A stretch of 64,000 bases of DNA from contig CAWAUV010000007.1 in assembly GCA_963785305.1 (NCBI GenBank), positions 96,001-160,000 on the forward strand, given 5' to 3'. The notes beneath the pieces are model-generated. The model saw nothing but the letters and a program-made list of their open reading frames with translations, searched no databases and was not told the DNA's origin. The DNA comes from an uncultured Planctomycetaceae bacterium (GTDB taxonomy: Bacteria; Planctomycetota; Planctomycetia; Pirellulales; PALSA-1355). The position numbers and the translations under genes were made by a program. Below are positions 42,633 through 52,770 of the stretch, piece after piece (within the stretch, counting starts at the first letter, position 1; every line of letters begins with the position of its first letter).

Positions 42633-44471
42633 CTACGCTAAAAGGAATCCGGAGAAACGGAGCCGGGCTCTGCCGAGGGGCAACCTGGCAAGGGATATTC
42701 GGATCGAGGGCGCGTCGATCGCGCAGTCACAGCCCCGCGGGTCCGCGCCCGCGGGGCTGTTGTCTTGAGTCATCGCTCGAACGCCCGAGTCATGCCTTGC
42801 AAAACCTTCGCTCAGGGAGGAGCGATCCTCTTGGCGATGGATCGCCCGGGCCACCACGGCGGCATAATCGTCCAGCGGCCGGATGATGGGATGCTCTTCC
42901 AGAAACGGCAGCGGCTCCTGCTTCGCCGCCTCGCGCCCGAGCAGCTTGCGAATCGTGCGCAAGCGAAAGGCCCCGTGAGAAAGGGCCGTTTCGCAGGCCT
43001 TTTCCAGCGTATCCGGCGAATGCTTCTTGGCCAGGCCGAGCAGCCCCTGCAACACGCGCGTCCCTTCGATGCCCCGCGCGGTCAGCATCGCGCTGGCCCA
43101 CTCGTGCGTGCGCGGGCCGATCGCACTGAGCTTGTTCAACAGATACTCGGCCCCGCGCTCGAGTCCACTGATCTTGCGCGGATGCAGGTGCTCCCCTTGC
43201 GTGCTGAAGCGGCCCGGCTCGCGCCGCGCATGAATCGCGATCTGCTCGAAGCGGTGATTGAAGACTCGCACCAGCCGCGCGTCCCACCGCGCCCATACCG
43301 TGCGCGCGAGATATTCGGGCGGCACGGAGTAATACGCCTTGGCTACCTCAACGTGCCCGTCGCGATTCACTTTCCGCTGGGCTTCGTGGAACGAGGGGAA
43401 GCGTTCCAGCGGCAGCGGCAAGAGCGTGGTCCGCTCGACCTCGACAAACACCTTGCCGACTTGCCGCTTGGTCGTGCCGTGGATGCGCGTGTCGGCGATG
43501 CTCGCTTCCCAGTCCAACAGAAAGCGGTTCTGCTCTTCCAGGCTGGCGAATGAGCGCGCTCGCAGCGCGTTGCCTTTGACATAGCCGATGCCCCGTTCGA
43601 TCTTTCCTTTGTGCCGCGGCGTATACGGCCTGGTGGGCAGAATCACCGTGCCGTAATGCTGGCAGAACGATTGCAGCTTGGGTGTGAGCTCCGGATCGAA
43701 CCAGTCGGGATGCGCGACGGCCGCCTTGAGATTGTCGATGACCAGCGTCTTGGGCACGCCGCCGAAATGCACGAAGGCGTTTTCGATTGCGCCCAGGAAG
43801 TCTTCCGTCGTCTGGGTGAATGTCGCTTCGCTGTACGCCTTGCGCGAATGACTGAGCACGATGCGAAAGACGTGCGTCTTGCGCCGCTTGCCATCCGCGC
43901 CGACGACCGGCGCGCCAACGCCAAAGTCGACTTGCGCCTGTTCGCCGGGCTCGACTTCCATGCGGCGCATCGGCAGGGGCGTCCGGCCGGTGAGCCGCTG
44001 AGCGAATCGCCGTACGCTCCAGTAACGGGCCGTGAAACCGTGATCCGCCACCAAGTCCTGGTGAATTCGCTGCACCGAAAGGCCCTGATCCAACTTGGCC
44101 TGGATCAGTTCGCGGTAGGGCTCGCAGACACTTCGCTGCCCGGCCACGCATGCCGGCTGGTCGTCGCCGAACTGGGGCGGCGACCCGGTGGGCGCTTTGG
44201 CGGCATTTGGATCCGCGGAAACACCCACCGGTTCGGCACGACCGGACCTTTCGCGGCCCGGAGCCGGCACCGTGGGCAAAGTGGTCCCTTTTGGCACCTC
44301 GGACCCGGTGGGCGCTTTGGTCCCTTTTGGGCCGCCCAACTGGCGCAATAGATGCCGACGGACCGTCTTTCGGTCGATCGCCAACTCTTCGGCAATGCGC
44401 CGCTGGGACCAACCTAACGAATGTAATTGCAGGATCGCTTGAACTGTCGCCATTGTGAGACGATTCGCCAT
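42633..44471 (-). CDS. istA: IS21 transposase IstA
   Basis: N-terminal HTH, PGEQAQVDFG, FGGVPKTLVIDNLK, KGKIERGIGYVK. Confidence 0.95.
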   Translation of the reverse strand: MANRLTMATVQAILQLHSLGWSQRRIAEELAIDRKTVRRHLLRQLGGPKGTKAPTGSEVPKGTTLPTVPAPGRERSGRAEPVGVSADPNAAKAPTGSPPQFGDDQPACVAGQRSVCEPYRELIQAKLDQGLSVQRIHQDLVADHGFTARYWSVRRFAQRLTGRTPLPMRRMEVEPGEQAQVDFGVGAPVVGADGKRRKTHVFRIVLSHSRKAYSEATFTQTTEDFLGAIENAFVHFGGVPKTLVIDNLKAAVAHPDWFDPELTPKLQSFCQHYGTVILPTRPYTPRHKGKIERGIGYVKGNALRARSFASLEEQNRFLLDWEASIADTRIHGTTKRQVGKVFVEVERTTLLPLPLERFPSFHEAQRKVNRDGHVEVAKAYYSVPPEYLARTVWARWDARLVRVFNHRFEQIAIHARREPGRFSTQGEHLHPRKISGLERGAEYLLNKLSAIGPRTHEWASAMLTARGIEGTRVLQGLLGLAKKHSPDTLEKACETALSHGAFRLRTIRKLLGREAAKQEPLPFLEEHPIIRPLDDYAAVVARAIHRQEDRSSLSEGFARHDSGVRAMTQDNSPAGADPRGCDCAIDAPSIRISLARLPLGRARLRFSGFLLA

Positions 44472-44599
44472 ATTCGGTCTCCTTCAGCACGTGAGGTACT
44501 GAAGAAGCCCATACGTCGAATCCGGCTCCTAAATATGGCCCCTTTTCAAGCGCCCTTCACTGGTCCCTTTTAAGCGCCCACTGACATGCGGGCACACAT

Positions 44600-46288
44600 T
44601 CAGAGCGCTTCCGTCGCAATGACGGTCAGCAGGTGCTTGCCGCGCGACGCGGCGACGTAGTAATCGGCGTTGCTGAAATACTTCTTGGTGTCTGGCTTCG
44701 GGATGCCCGCGAGGATCAGGGCGTCGGCTTCGAGGCCCTTGAAGCGGCGGCAGGTTGACAGCAGCACGCCTTTGCCGGCCCGCCAGTGGTCAAAGTTGTC
44801 GGTGAGAGGGATGTTCCCGAAGTTCGCTGGCCATTCCTTGCCGGGGTCGGTCGTGGTCAAGATCGCCACCTTGCTCCAAGACAGATTGCCGCGATCTCGC
44901 AAGCACCATTCCTGAACTTGTTCGCGGGCACGCTTGACGACATCGGCATCGGAAACCGCAACGACGACTTTTGGCGCGGAGCCGTTGGGTGCCTCCTCGT
45001 GGACATCAATCGTTTCGTGGATGATCTCGCCGCACATGCGGGCGATGAGGCGGGTATTTCGGCAATTCGTCGGCAACACGAACGGGCCTGCAAGATTGGA
45101 CGGGAGCGTCGGCTGGCTGATGTAGATGTTCTGCTTGGGGTCGTAGAAGACGTAAAGTGGAAAAGTGGGATCGGCTGTGCGCTGCACTTTTTCGAGGGCC
45201 ATCCACCAAAGGTCTTGGAAGTCTTGCCCTTCGTCCACTACGATCGCTTCGAATTTGTGTTCCGGGCCGAGTGACTGGCAGGCATTCATTAGCAGATCGG
45301 GAGCAGTGTAGGACCAAAACTCTGCGTCACCCATCGCTCCATTGAAAGGAATGCTCGCCTGCTTGCAGTACGTTGAGCACAAGCGGTGAAACGTGTCGAT
45401 GGTGACCAGTTCACGGAACTTGGCGGGAAGCTGTTGGTCGAGCCAGTCGGCTAGGGGCCGATTGAAGCAGAGCAACAGCGTTTTCTTCCCCTGCCGAGCG
45501 AATCGCTGGGCCTGCGCCATCGCGAGGATCGTCTTTCCGGAGCCAGCCACGCCTTCAATGGCAGCGCGCGGCTGTTTGGCCAGCATCCCCAACACCATTT
45601 CCTGGTCCGTGGTGAGCCGTTTGAGCTTCTCCTCCTGGTCTTCGACGGTTCGCCAAAGAACCGGCGTCAACTTGAAGATTGGGCTCAGACTCTCCTGGAT
45701 CGCGTCCCGCATCCGCTCGTCGATGGGCCGGGCGTGAGTCGTTCGGCTCCAGACTTCCAGAGCCCGGCGAACCTTGTTTGCCAGGTCGGGGACATCGTTG
45801 GCGCTGAACACGATTTCGCGTTCGGCGTCTGGTGGCAGTGGGCCGGAATAGACGCAGTGAGGGAAGGCGACGGCGTAGCCGTGGGCGAAGGGGAGAATAT
45901 TCTGGCCCCGCAAGGAGTCGTGGGCGAGAATCATGTCGCGGATCGCGTAGAGATTGCGGGAAGCCTGGTCGAATGGGTTTTGAATCTTGTCCCGGGCGCC
46001 TCGATCATGAACGCGAAAGAACTCGTGGGCGCCGGGCTCGTATTCTATCGTGCCGCCCTTCACTTCGAGGACGAGCAAGCCGTGGTCGGGAACAACGACG
46101 ATGAAGTCCGTTTCGCCGGGCTGAAGGAACTGCTTGCGTGAATAGTCGCTGCGGGTCAGGTGCAGCCAGGGATAGCTGTGGTAGACGAGGCACGACTCCG
46201 GCAGTTGTCGCACCAATTCTGTGGCGATGATCCGTTCGCCGCCATTTGTGATGGTGGAGACATCTACTTTTGGAATCAGGCGGGCCAT
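44600..46288 (-). CDS. NERD nuclease fused to SF1 (UvrD-like) helicase/ATPase
   Basis: GETDF...LVLEVKGG (NERD), GVAGSGKT, VVDEGQD, NCRNT, FKGLEAD, YVAASRG; start taken at MARLIP. Confidence 0.85.
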   Translation of the reverse strand: MARLIPKVDVSTITNGGERIIATELVRQLPESCLVYHSYPWLHLTRSDYSRKQFLQPGETDFIVVVPDHGLLVLEVKGGTIEYEPGAHEFFRVHDRGARDKIQNPFDQASRNLYAIRDMILAHDSLRGQNILPFAHGYAVAFPHCVYSGPLPPDAEREIVFSANDVPDLANKVRRALEVWSRTTHARPIDERMRDAIQESLSPIFKLTPVLWRTVEDQEEKLKRLTTDQEMVLGMLAKQPRAAIEGVAGSGKTILAMAQAQRFARQGKKTLLLCFNRPLADWLDQQLPAKFRELVTIDTFHRLCSTYCKQASIPFNGAMGDAEFWSYTAPDLLMNACQSLGPEHKFEAIVVDEGQDFQDLWWMALEKVQRTADPTFPLYVFYDPKQNIYISQPTLPSNLAGPFVLPTNCRNTRLIARMCGEIIHETIDVHEEAPNGSAPKVVVAVSDADVVKRAREQVQEWCLRDRGNLSWSKVAILTTTDPGKEWPANFGNIPLTDNFDHWRAGKGVLLSTCRRFKGLEADALILAGIPKPDTKKYFSNADYYVAASRGKHLLTVIATEAL

Positions 46289-46382
46289 CGTAAGGGCTCC
46301 TTGTGACTCGACCAATCGGCTAATCGAGCTTGCACTGCTTCCAGAATGTCCTGTTGGGTGGCACGAGGAGTCTTCCCTCAGC

Positions 46383-48005
46383 TCAATCTTTCCTGGTATC
46401 TGGTTTCTTTGATTGGAGTTCTCTTGCCGTTTGCCTCCACAAGGTTTCGAGGTCAATCAGCGGCATCGTGAACACTCGAAGTACCCGTTCGACCGGCTCC
46501 TCGAACATGGACTTGACTTGCCTGGCATCTTCGATCGCAGGTTCGCCAAGGTCGGCAACCAATGTGCCTGGTAGCGCCTTTTCATAGAACCCGGCTGGTT
46601 TGCGTTTTTCGTTTGCCCCGATGAATGTGTCGTGTAACGGATGTTTTGACAAACGCTTGCCGAGTTTTGCGTGGTCAACCGACGATATTGGCAATACCTT
46701 GGCGGCGTTCAGGTCGAGACAAAGTTCCCTCTCAAAACACTCCTTGATGGCCATCTCCACCTCTGGTGAAACGAGATAGCCCGGCATCCGTTCGATCCTG
46801 GCATCGGCCGTTTTGTTCAGGACGGCAAACGACTCGCGTGCCCAAACCATCCCAGGTTGCTCGGGCCGGATTCCGTTTTCTGGAAATACGACGTGTTCGA
46901 CTTCAAGATAGTATTGGTAATTTGGCTTAACCGATCCATCGACTTGGGATGCATTCGTGCGTGAGGTCGGGAACTCAAAGTCGTAGACTTCAACAGGTTG
47001 CCCGGTCGAAATCGTCTCAAGCCTCCTAGCCGCGCGAACCCCGTTGCTCATCGCGGCAAGTTGGCGCTCGTCAAGGACGACCGCGCTAAACCCAATGATT
47101 GGATCAGGTGACGGGTTCGTGCTGGCCTGTCGTGAATTCGGGCCGGCTTTCTGTGTTGTCCCTCGGCAAAGCAGCATCGTCGGCTGGCTGCCGGCACGGA
47201 GGTCGGCCTCGGACATCCAGACCAGGACCAAGACGTGAGCCGTATTGTCGTAAAGTTTGCCCCCCTCGTCTTCTTCTAAGGCCTGAAGGTAGATGCCTCG
47301 TTTTTCGAGGGAGCCCCATTGAAGTGGCGTGGCAGTAGTTCCATCGGCTTTGCGCACAGCTAGAACAATCGTGTTTTGGTCGAGTCCTGCCGATCGGGTA
47401 TTTCGACAGCCTTTTTGTCGCCACTCCTCGAATCTCGGGCGGTTCGCTGAGGTTGCTGGCAAGCAAGCTGGAAATTGATACGCCTTGAGAAGGTGCCCAT
47501 TTACATCGCTGGCGAGACCGGTGCCGGCTCCCTCAAGGTCTCTTGGGTGAAACTCCGTCTCGATCCGTAATGAAGCCTCGGCATTTCGCGAACCACCAGG
47601 CCCAAGCGCTCGCCGTGTCCAGTTGTGAGAGCCAATGTACACGACTGCCTTCTGCTCATGCTCCATCGCCAGAAACACAAGCTTTGAATGAAACAGGGTC
47701 AACGCCTTCGGTTCATCCCCATCATCGATCAGGGGATCCATGAAGTACTTCAGGCGAACTCCGGAATCGCTCATTGATTCCTGTAGCCGAAGAAGCGGTT
47801 CGTATCCGAACGTGCAAGTAAGAGAACTAACGCCGAAGGAACGCGAATCACGTAACGCCGCAACGAGCAAGTTGCGGCCGATTGACGTCACGCCTGCTTC
47901 AGAAACATAGGCAACGATAAAACGACATACCGTAGCGCGTGCGAGATCGCGCTGCATTTGGTCCCGAAATTCTAGGGACACCAGTGACTTGCTGAATAGG
48001 TCCAT
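46383..48005 (-). CDS. Phospholipase D-family nuclease (single HxK...GSxN motif) with long uncharacterised C-terminal region
   Basis: FIVAYVSEAG, FHSKLVF...VYIGSHNWT...NAEAS; 540 aa. Confidence 0.78.
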   Translation of the reverse strand: MDLFSKSLVSLEFRDQMQRDLARATVCRFIVAYVSEAGVTSIGRNLLVAALRDSRSFGVSSLTCTFGYEPLLRLQESMSDSGVRLKYFMDPLIDDGDEPKALTLFHSKLVFLAMEHEQKAVVYIGSHNWTRRALGPGGSRNAEASLRIETEFHPRDLEGAGTGLASDVNGHLLKAYQFPACLPATSANRPRFEEWRQKGCRNTRSAGLDQNTIVLAVRKADGTTATPLQWGSLEKRGIYLQALEEDEGGKLYDNTAHVLVLVWMSEADLRAGSQPTMLLCRGTTQKAGPNSRQASTNPSPDPIIGFSAVVLDERQLAAMSNGVRAARRLETISTGQPVEVYDFEFPTSRTNASQVDGSVKPNYQYYLEVEHVVFPENGIRPEQPGMVWARESFAVLNKTADARIERMPGYLVSPEVEMAIKECFERELCLDLNAAKVLPISSVDHAKLGKRLSKHPLHDTFIGANEKRKPAGFYEKALPGTLVADLGEPAIEDARQVKSMFEEPVERVLRVFTMPLIDLETLWRQTARELQSKKPDTRKD

Positions 48006-48139
48006 CGATTCATTCCATCAAGATCGCCCTAGATGCAGGGAGCTTGTCGCTTGTCGTATTTCGGAAACTGCTACATCAGACACTCCACCGTGTAGTGCCA
48101 CTTTAGGGCCTGTGTTAAGCGATGCGTCATCGAGCTTCC

Positions 48140-51100
48140 TCATGTGTCGAGGGGGTCCAGGACGGCGAGCGGCCGAAACGACGGCCAATCCTCAAGAGGA
48201 ATCCTCACCTGTGACGGCGGCACCGGGCCACGGAGCGTCACCACCATGAGTTTCTGTTTAGTGTTGGCATCGGTGAGTTCCTGATAGGTCAGTTTGCCCA
48301 ACGCGACCGGGACTGCTGTGTTGCCCCGCTTCAGGTCCGGGTGTCGGACCAGAACCCAGGTATCGGGGGCCGGGAGTTCGTCGCCATCGGCTATCGTCTT
48401 GCATTTCCAACGGCGCTCTACGCCAGTGCTGGCTGCTTGATTGTCGAGAACTAGCTTGAACGACTGTGGAAGCATTGCACCTTCTGCAACATCAGCGAGC
48501 AGCCATTCATCCGCCGGGGTAATTCGATAGCCTTGCGGACAATGGATGTGTGAAGGCCAGTTTTCAGGCTTGGGTTGATTGGGTTCCCATTCTGGCAATG
48601 AATTGACTGGCGCACCTGGCGCCGGATCGAGCCGAGTCTGATAGGGCTGCCTTGTCCGGATGGCTACCTGCAATGCGTCGTAGCTTTCGAGGATGAGACG
48701 TTTGGAACGGTATTCACCCCCGTATTTCTCTTCATCCTTGCGGCGGACGATAGCGAAGGTGTCCATTATGTAGGCAACCGCATCGCGTGGAGTGAGAAAG
48801 CTCTCCTTAAGGCGCTCGACATCCTGCGCTGCTTCGTTTTGGGCAGTGATCCAATGGCCGTCAGTGTCGGAGGGAAGGTAGAGATGGAAGAAGGCAGCAT
48901 CGAGTTCCGCGCGGAGCAAGCTGCGACGCTCCTCGTTCCAACGAAATGGCGGCCCGACATATCCGCAGTCCCGCGCGAATGGTGCTAAGTCCCAAGCCGT
49001 ATAACTCAATTCAAGGACTCGCTGCCGGAGCCACTGCTCGATCGATACGTGCTGATCCCATGTGGTAGCACGCCGACACGTTAGAGGCGTTGGCAACGGA
49101 AGCTGTTTGAAGATGTAGTCTGAAAGATGAATACCGCCGATCATTTGACGACTTACATAGTCGAAAATGAATGAGTTCATTCCTGAGCTAAAGACCACGG
49201 CACCTAACACCGGATCGAGGCAGGGGAAACCCACGCGGAGCGTAAAGTCAGTGCCTGCCCGAGGAAGAACTGTAGCACTAACAGTTCGGGCCATAGTGTT
49301 TACGTCAGTGATGTCTTGCCATGTCAGCAACCATTGCTGCGACCATTGCTCCGGCAAGCTCGATTCAACGACAGCTCGTGGAATCCAATAACGAGGCAGC
49401 ACGAACTTGTTCGGGTCTATGAGTGCAGCTGTATCGAACGCCTGCGTTCGGCCGTTTATGTAGCTCTGCTTACGATGATTGAATTGGTCGACGAGTTTCG
49501 CTTCAAACATCGCAACATCATCACTTTTGGCTGCGGTCGTTGCTGCCACACTACAGGATTCAGAGTTCTCCGCCTTATTCATATCGAACACGCGCCGAAT
49601 GAATAAGTCCCAATGATTCGTGCTTTCGCCGTCGTTAACGATCACTGGAGATCGGCGATAGATCGCCGCGATAACCGAAGCGTCGCGACGAGACCGAAAA
49701 ACCGGGCACGTACGCGTATTTGGATTGAGTGCCGCAATATCATGGGCAGTCAACGTAAATTGTCGATCGGGATTTCTCGCCTCGCCAATGCTTTGAGCAT
49801 AGAAGACCATTGGAATTGCATTCGGATTCGTATTTGCGGCCCCGCCTATGGTGATTAAGCAGAAGCGAGTTGATTGCTTGACCGCTGGAAATAGCTTCTC
49901 CTTGTTGTCAAATGAGTAAAGTGAATGCAAGACTCGCCGGTTAACAATATCCTCGAAAAAGAACCGCGTCGTGTTGTCAGTAGCAATTCCCGCTTGCAGA
50001 ATGCAGCCAATGAGGCCTTGGCGAGCAATGATTGAGGCGTTGAGCTCAGCAAAGATCGAATATGTGTTGATTTCACCGCGGGCACATAGCGGGTACCGGT
50101 GCGAATTGCGGATGAAGTGATTTGTTCCTTCGACATGCCGCTGATCATTTTTGAACTGCGCGAATAACAACGCATCTTCATTCCTCAAGCCGTCGATAAG
50201 TCGCGTGCGCACGGCAGCGGTGCTGGCGGACGCGATGTCTGGACGACTGGCCGCAAACCATTCATCCTCTTGAATCTTGATTCGCTCCCATGGAGGATTG
50301 CCAAGGATGATATCGAACCCGCCCATCCATCCCGTGTGCTCGTTAGCTGCAACTTCATCCTTTTCTGGCAGACGAAAAACATCGGGGAAGGCAAGATGCC
50401 AGTGGAAGAACTGATGTCCGCCTGATTCCGAGGAGCCAGCTAAACGAAGAATTTCAGCTTTGACATGTGGCAATAAACCAGAAGTGGCATGAGATTCGAC
50501 CTTCCGAAAATCCCTCTCAGTGGGGCATAGCTTCCCCAGTTCGGAATCATCTTTTTTCCAGACAAACGCAGCACACCATGTGTCGGCCAGCAGTCGTCCG
50601 TATTGATAGCCGCTCCCTTTTACAAACTCTGCGTAACGTCGTTCCTTTTCTGCAACTTCTTCGGGCGTGTCGCCCGACGCATCATTGATACTTGCCAGTT
50701 CCACTGCGAGATTAACGAGCTTGAACGGCGGGTCAAATAGGTATCCTTGCCCAGCGGCGTAATCTTTGCGCTCTTGCTTATTTTGTTTCTTAAGAGCAGA
50801 GACGCGGGTCTTTGCGTCGCCTTCAATTGCTAAAAAGGCGTCGTCTGGAATTCCATTGTTAAGAAGTGCTGGCGTTGTTCCCAACAAGCTGTTTCCACAC
50901 TGGATGTGGTGTTCAAGAAAAGAAAACGGACGCCCAGGATCGAGCGCTTCTATCCAGAGAGCAACCTGGCAAAGCTCTACGGCCATCGGATTCATGTCCA
51001 CGCCATAGATACAGCGGCCGATGATGTCTCGTTTGGCATGTTGAATCGCGAGGGTGCTTGGCTCCTCGTCGCCCGTACGCAGACTGGCCAGGTGCTTTGC

Positions 51101-52687
51101 CAAACGCTCTGCCGCCGCGATCAGAAAATGGCCGCTACCGCACGCCGGGTCGCAAACCTTGAGATTCAATAGGGCCTTTTCAGCTTCGGCTCCTGTGGGC
51201 TTGTTGAGTGCTCCTTTGACGACAGGGTCGAGGGCCGAATCGAGAAGGCAGTTGATGAGCGATGTGGGCGTGTAGTAGCTACCGGTTGTCTTGCGTTCGT
51301 GCCCAGCAGCCGTGCCCAGGCTGAACGGCCCCTCATCGGTGTCGATCTTAGGGTGCAGTTCGAGGAGTGATTCGTACACACTGCCGAGTTCGTCGCTGCC
51401 GAGGTTGGCGAAGTCAACCGGCCGCCGCACGACTCCACCACGGCCCGACGTGTCGTCGGTAATGCAAAGCGCCCGAGTGGCGTCGAGCAAGAACTCGTTC
51501 GTCAACGGGGCAGCATCCAGGTCCGGCGTGGCGGTCGGCGAGAACAGAAACGAGCCAAGTCCGGGTATGCCGAGTGGTCCGTAGCCGGTCCGCAGCTTGA
51601 GGAATAGCAGCTTTAGAGAGTCGTACAAGTCGGTGTGCGTCGTCCCGCGCCTCTTGCCGGCGAGGGTCCGCAAACGGCCGACCGAGTAATACTGCGCGTA
51701 CCGCTGCCGTGACTGTTCCGGAGTGCCGGGAGGATGCAACAGGTTCCGACCGTTTTCATCCTTCTTTTCCTCCGCCACAAGCAATAGCAGCAGCCGATAG
51801 ACCATCCGCAGCAACTGGCGGTAGTAGTCTTGCGTTGCTAGTTCCCCGCTACTCAATCGTTCGCGGAGAGCCGCGTTGCCTTTGGTCGTGAGAAAACCAG
51901 CACCTAACGCCTTGATCGCGTTTTCCACGCCATCGCGGAGTTTCTCGCGGGCACGGGTGCCCTGATCGTCGGCCAGTTTCGACCACTTCTCCAGCCAGCA
52001 GTCTTCGGGCTTGCCGTCCGATGGAATCTCGACTCGCGATTCGTGACAGAGTAAGAAGAGCAGCTTGAAGTCCGAGAACACGTCGCCGTCAAACATCGCC
52101 TCCAGGTCGAACTCGACGTTCGCCGCCCGCGTCAGGCTGACGTTGTCGCGGAGCACGTAGAGCATGCGCCCGTTCGATAGAAAGCCCCAGCGGTGCTGGG
52201 CCGAGCGGTTCAGCAGTTCCTGCACCAGGCTGTACGGACTGCGGGAAGCAGCCCCAGCCGCACCGGGCGTCCGCTTATCAAGCTCCAATTTGCTGGAAAC
52301 TAGATGGATAGGAATATGCCCGCCCCAGGCATGACTGATGGGGTAGGTCTTGTCCTCGATGGGGATGGCCTTCTGCGGTTGGAGCCGGCCGTAACCCAGT
52401 TCCTTGAAGAGAGGCAGCAGCCAGCGTTCACGGGTGAGTGTTGTTCCGGCGTCTGATGCGGGGAGTTTCTGTTGTTCCTGGCGAAACCGTTTCCACGCGG
52501 CCGAGCACTCGTTCCAGGCACGGGCAGCCGCTTCGTTGAGGCGGTCGCCAGCGTCAAGGTGATACGACTCCGGCGTGAGACCCGGCAGATTGGCATTTCC
52601 ATCGGCGATGCGCGCGAGCAAGTCGATCGGCAACAATAGGCCGGCGGTCTTTACCGTCGAGAACGGGTTGCGTGTTCTGCTTCGCAC
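48140..52687 (-). CDS. Large N6-adenine DNA methyltransferase (Eco57I/DrmMI-like)
   Basis: ELGSVYESLLE, RKTTGSYYTP, CDPACGSGHFL (motif I), GNPPW (motif IV), TRD-like region; 1515 aa. Confidence 0.9.
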   Translation of the reverse strand: MRSRTRNPFSTVKTAGLLLPIDLLARIADGNANLPGLTPESYHLDAGDRLNEAAARAWNECSAAWKRFRQEQQKLPASDAGTTLTRERWLLPLFKELGYGRLQPQKAIPIEDKTYPISHAWGGHIPIHLVSSKLELDKRTPGAAGAASRSPYSLVQELLNRSAQHRWGFLSNGRMLYVLRDNVSLTRAANVEFDLEAMFDGDVFSDFKLLFLLCHESRVEIPSDGKPEDCWLEKWSKLADDQGTRAREKLRDGVENAIKALGAGFLTTKGNAALRERLSSGELATQDYYRQLLRMVYRLLLLLVAEEKKDENGRNLLHPPGTPEQSRQRYAQYYSVGRLRTLAGKRRGTTHTDLYDSLKLLFLKLRTGYGPLGIPGLGSFLFSPTATPDLDAAPLTNEFLLDATRALCITDDTSGRGGVVRRPVDFANLGSDELGSVYESLLELHPKIDTDEGPFSLGTAAGHERKTTGSYYTPTSLINCLLDSALDPVVKGALNKPTGAEAEKALLNLKVCDPACGSGHFLIAAAERLAKHLASLRTGDEEPSTLAIQHAKRDIIGRCIYGVDMNPMAVELCQVALWIEALDPGRPFSFLEHHIQCGNSLLGTTPALLNNGIPDDAFLAIEGDAKTRVSALKKQNKQERKDYAAGQGYLFDPPFKLVNLAVELASINDASGDTPEEVAEKERRYAEFVKGSGYQYGRLLADTWCAAFVWKKDDSELGKLCPTERDFRKVESHATSGLLPHVKAEILRLAGSSESGGHQFFHWHLAFPDVFRLPEKDEVAANEHTGWMGGFDIILGNPPWERIKIQEDEWFAASRPDIASASTAAVRTRLIDGLRNEDALLFAQFKNDQRHVEGTNHFIRNSHRYPLCARGEINTYSIFAELNASIIARQGLIGCILQAGIATDNTTRFFFEDIVNRRVLHSLYSFDNKEKLFPAVKQSTRFCLITIGGAANTNPNAIPMVFYAQSIGEARNPDRQFTLTAHDIAALNPNTRTCPVFRSRRDASVIAAIYRRSPVIVNDGESTNHWDLFIRRVFDMNKAENSESCSVAATTAAKSDDVAMFEAKLVDQFNHRKQSYINGRTQAFDTAALIDPNKFVLPRYWIPRAVVESSLPEQWSQQWLLTWQDITDVNTMARTVSATVLPRAGTDFTLRVGFPCLDPVLGAVVFSSGMNSFIFDYVSRQMIGGIHLSDYIFKQLPLPTPLTCRRATTWDQHVSIEQWLRQRVLELSYTAWDLAPFARDCGYVGPPFRWNEERRSLLRAELDAAFFHLYLPSDTDGHWITAQNEAAQDVERLKESFLTPRDAVAYIMDTFAIVRRKDEEKYGGEYRSKRLILESYDALQVAIRTRQPYQTRLDPAPGAPVNSLPEWEPNQPKPENWPSHIHCPQGYRITPADEWLLADVAEGAMLPQSFKLVLDNQAASTGVERRWKCKTIADGDELPAPDTWVLVRHPDLKRGNTAVPVALGKLTYQELTDANTKQKLMVVTLRGPVPPSQVRIPLEDWPSFRPLAVLDPLDT

Positions 52688-52770
52688 GTTGAGTTTTCCA
52701 TCGCTTTTTGCTGGTCAACGTCCTTGCCTTCCCCATTTACTCGGCCATCCTTGGCCGAGAGCTACCGGCG

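Larger units (their letters stand above)
41641..44586 (-). mobile_element. Complete IS21-family insertion sequence, 2946 bp
   Basis: TGTCA...TGACA ends with repeated GGGCGCTT(G)AAAAGGG(A/G)CCA sites; 6-bp duplication TGCGGG at 41635-41640 and 44587-44592; istA-istB inside. Confidence 0.95.
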
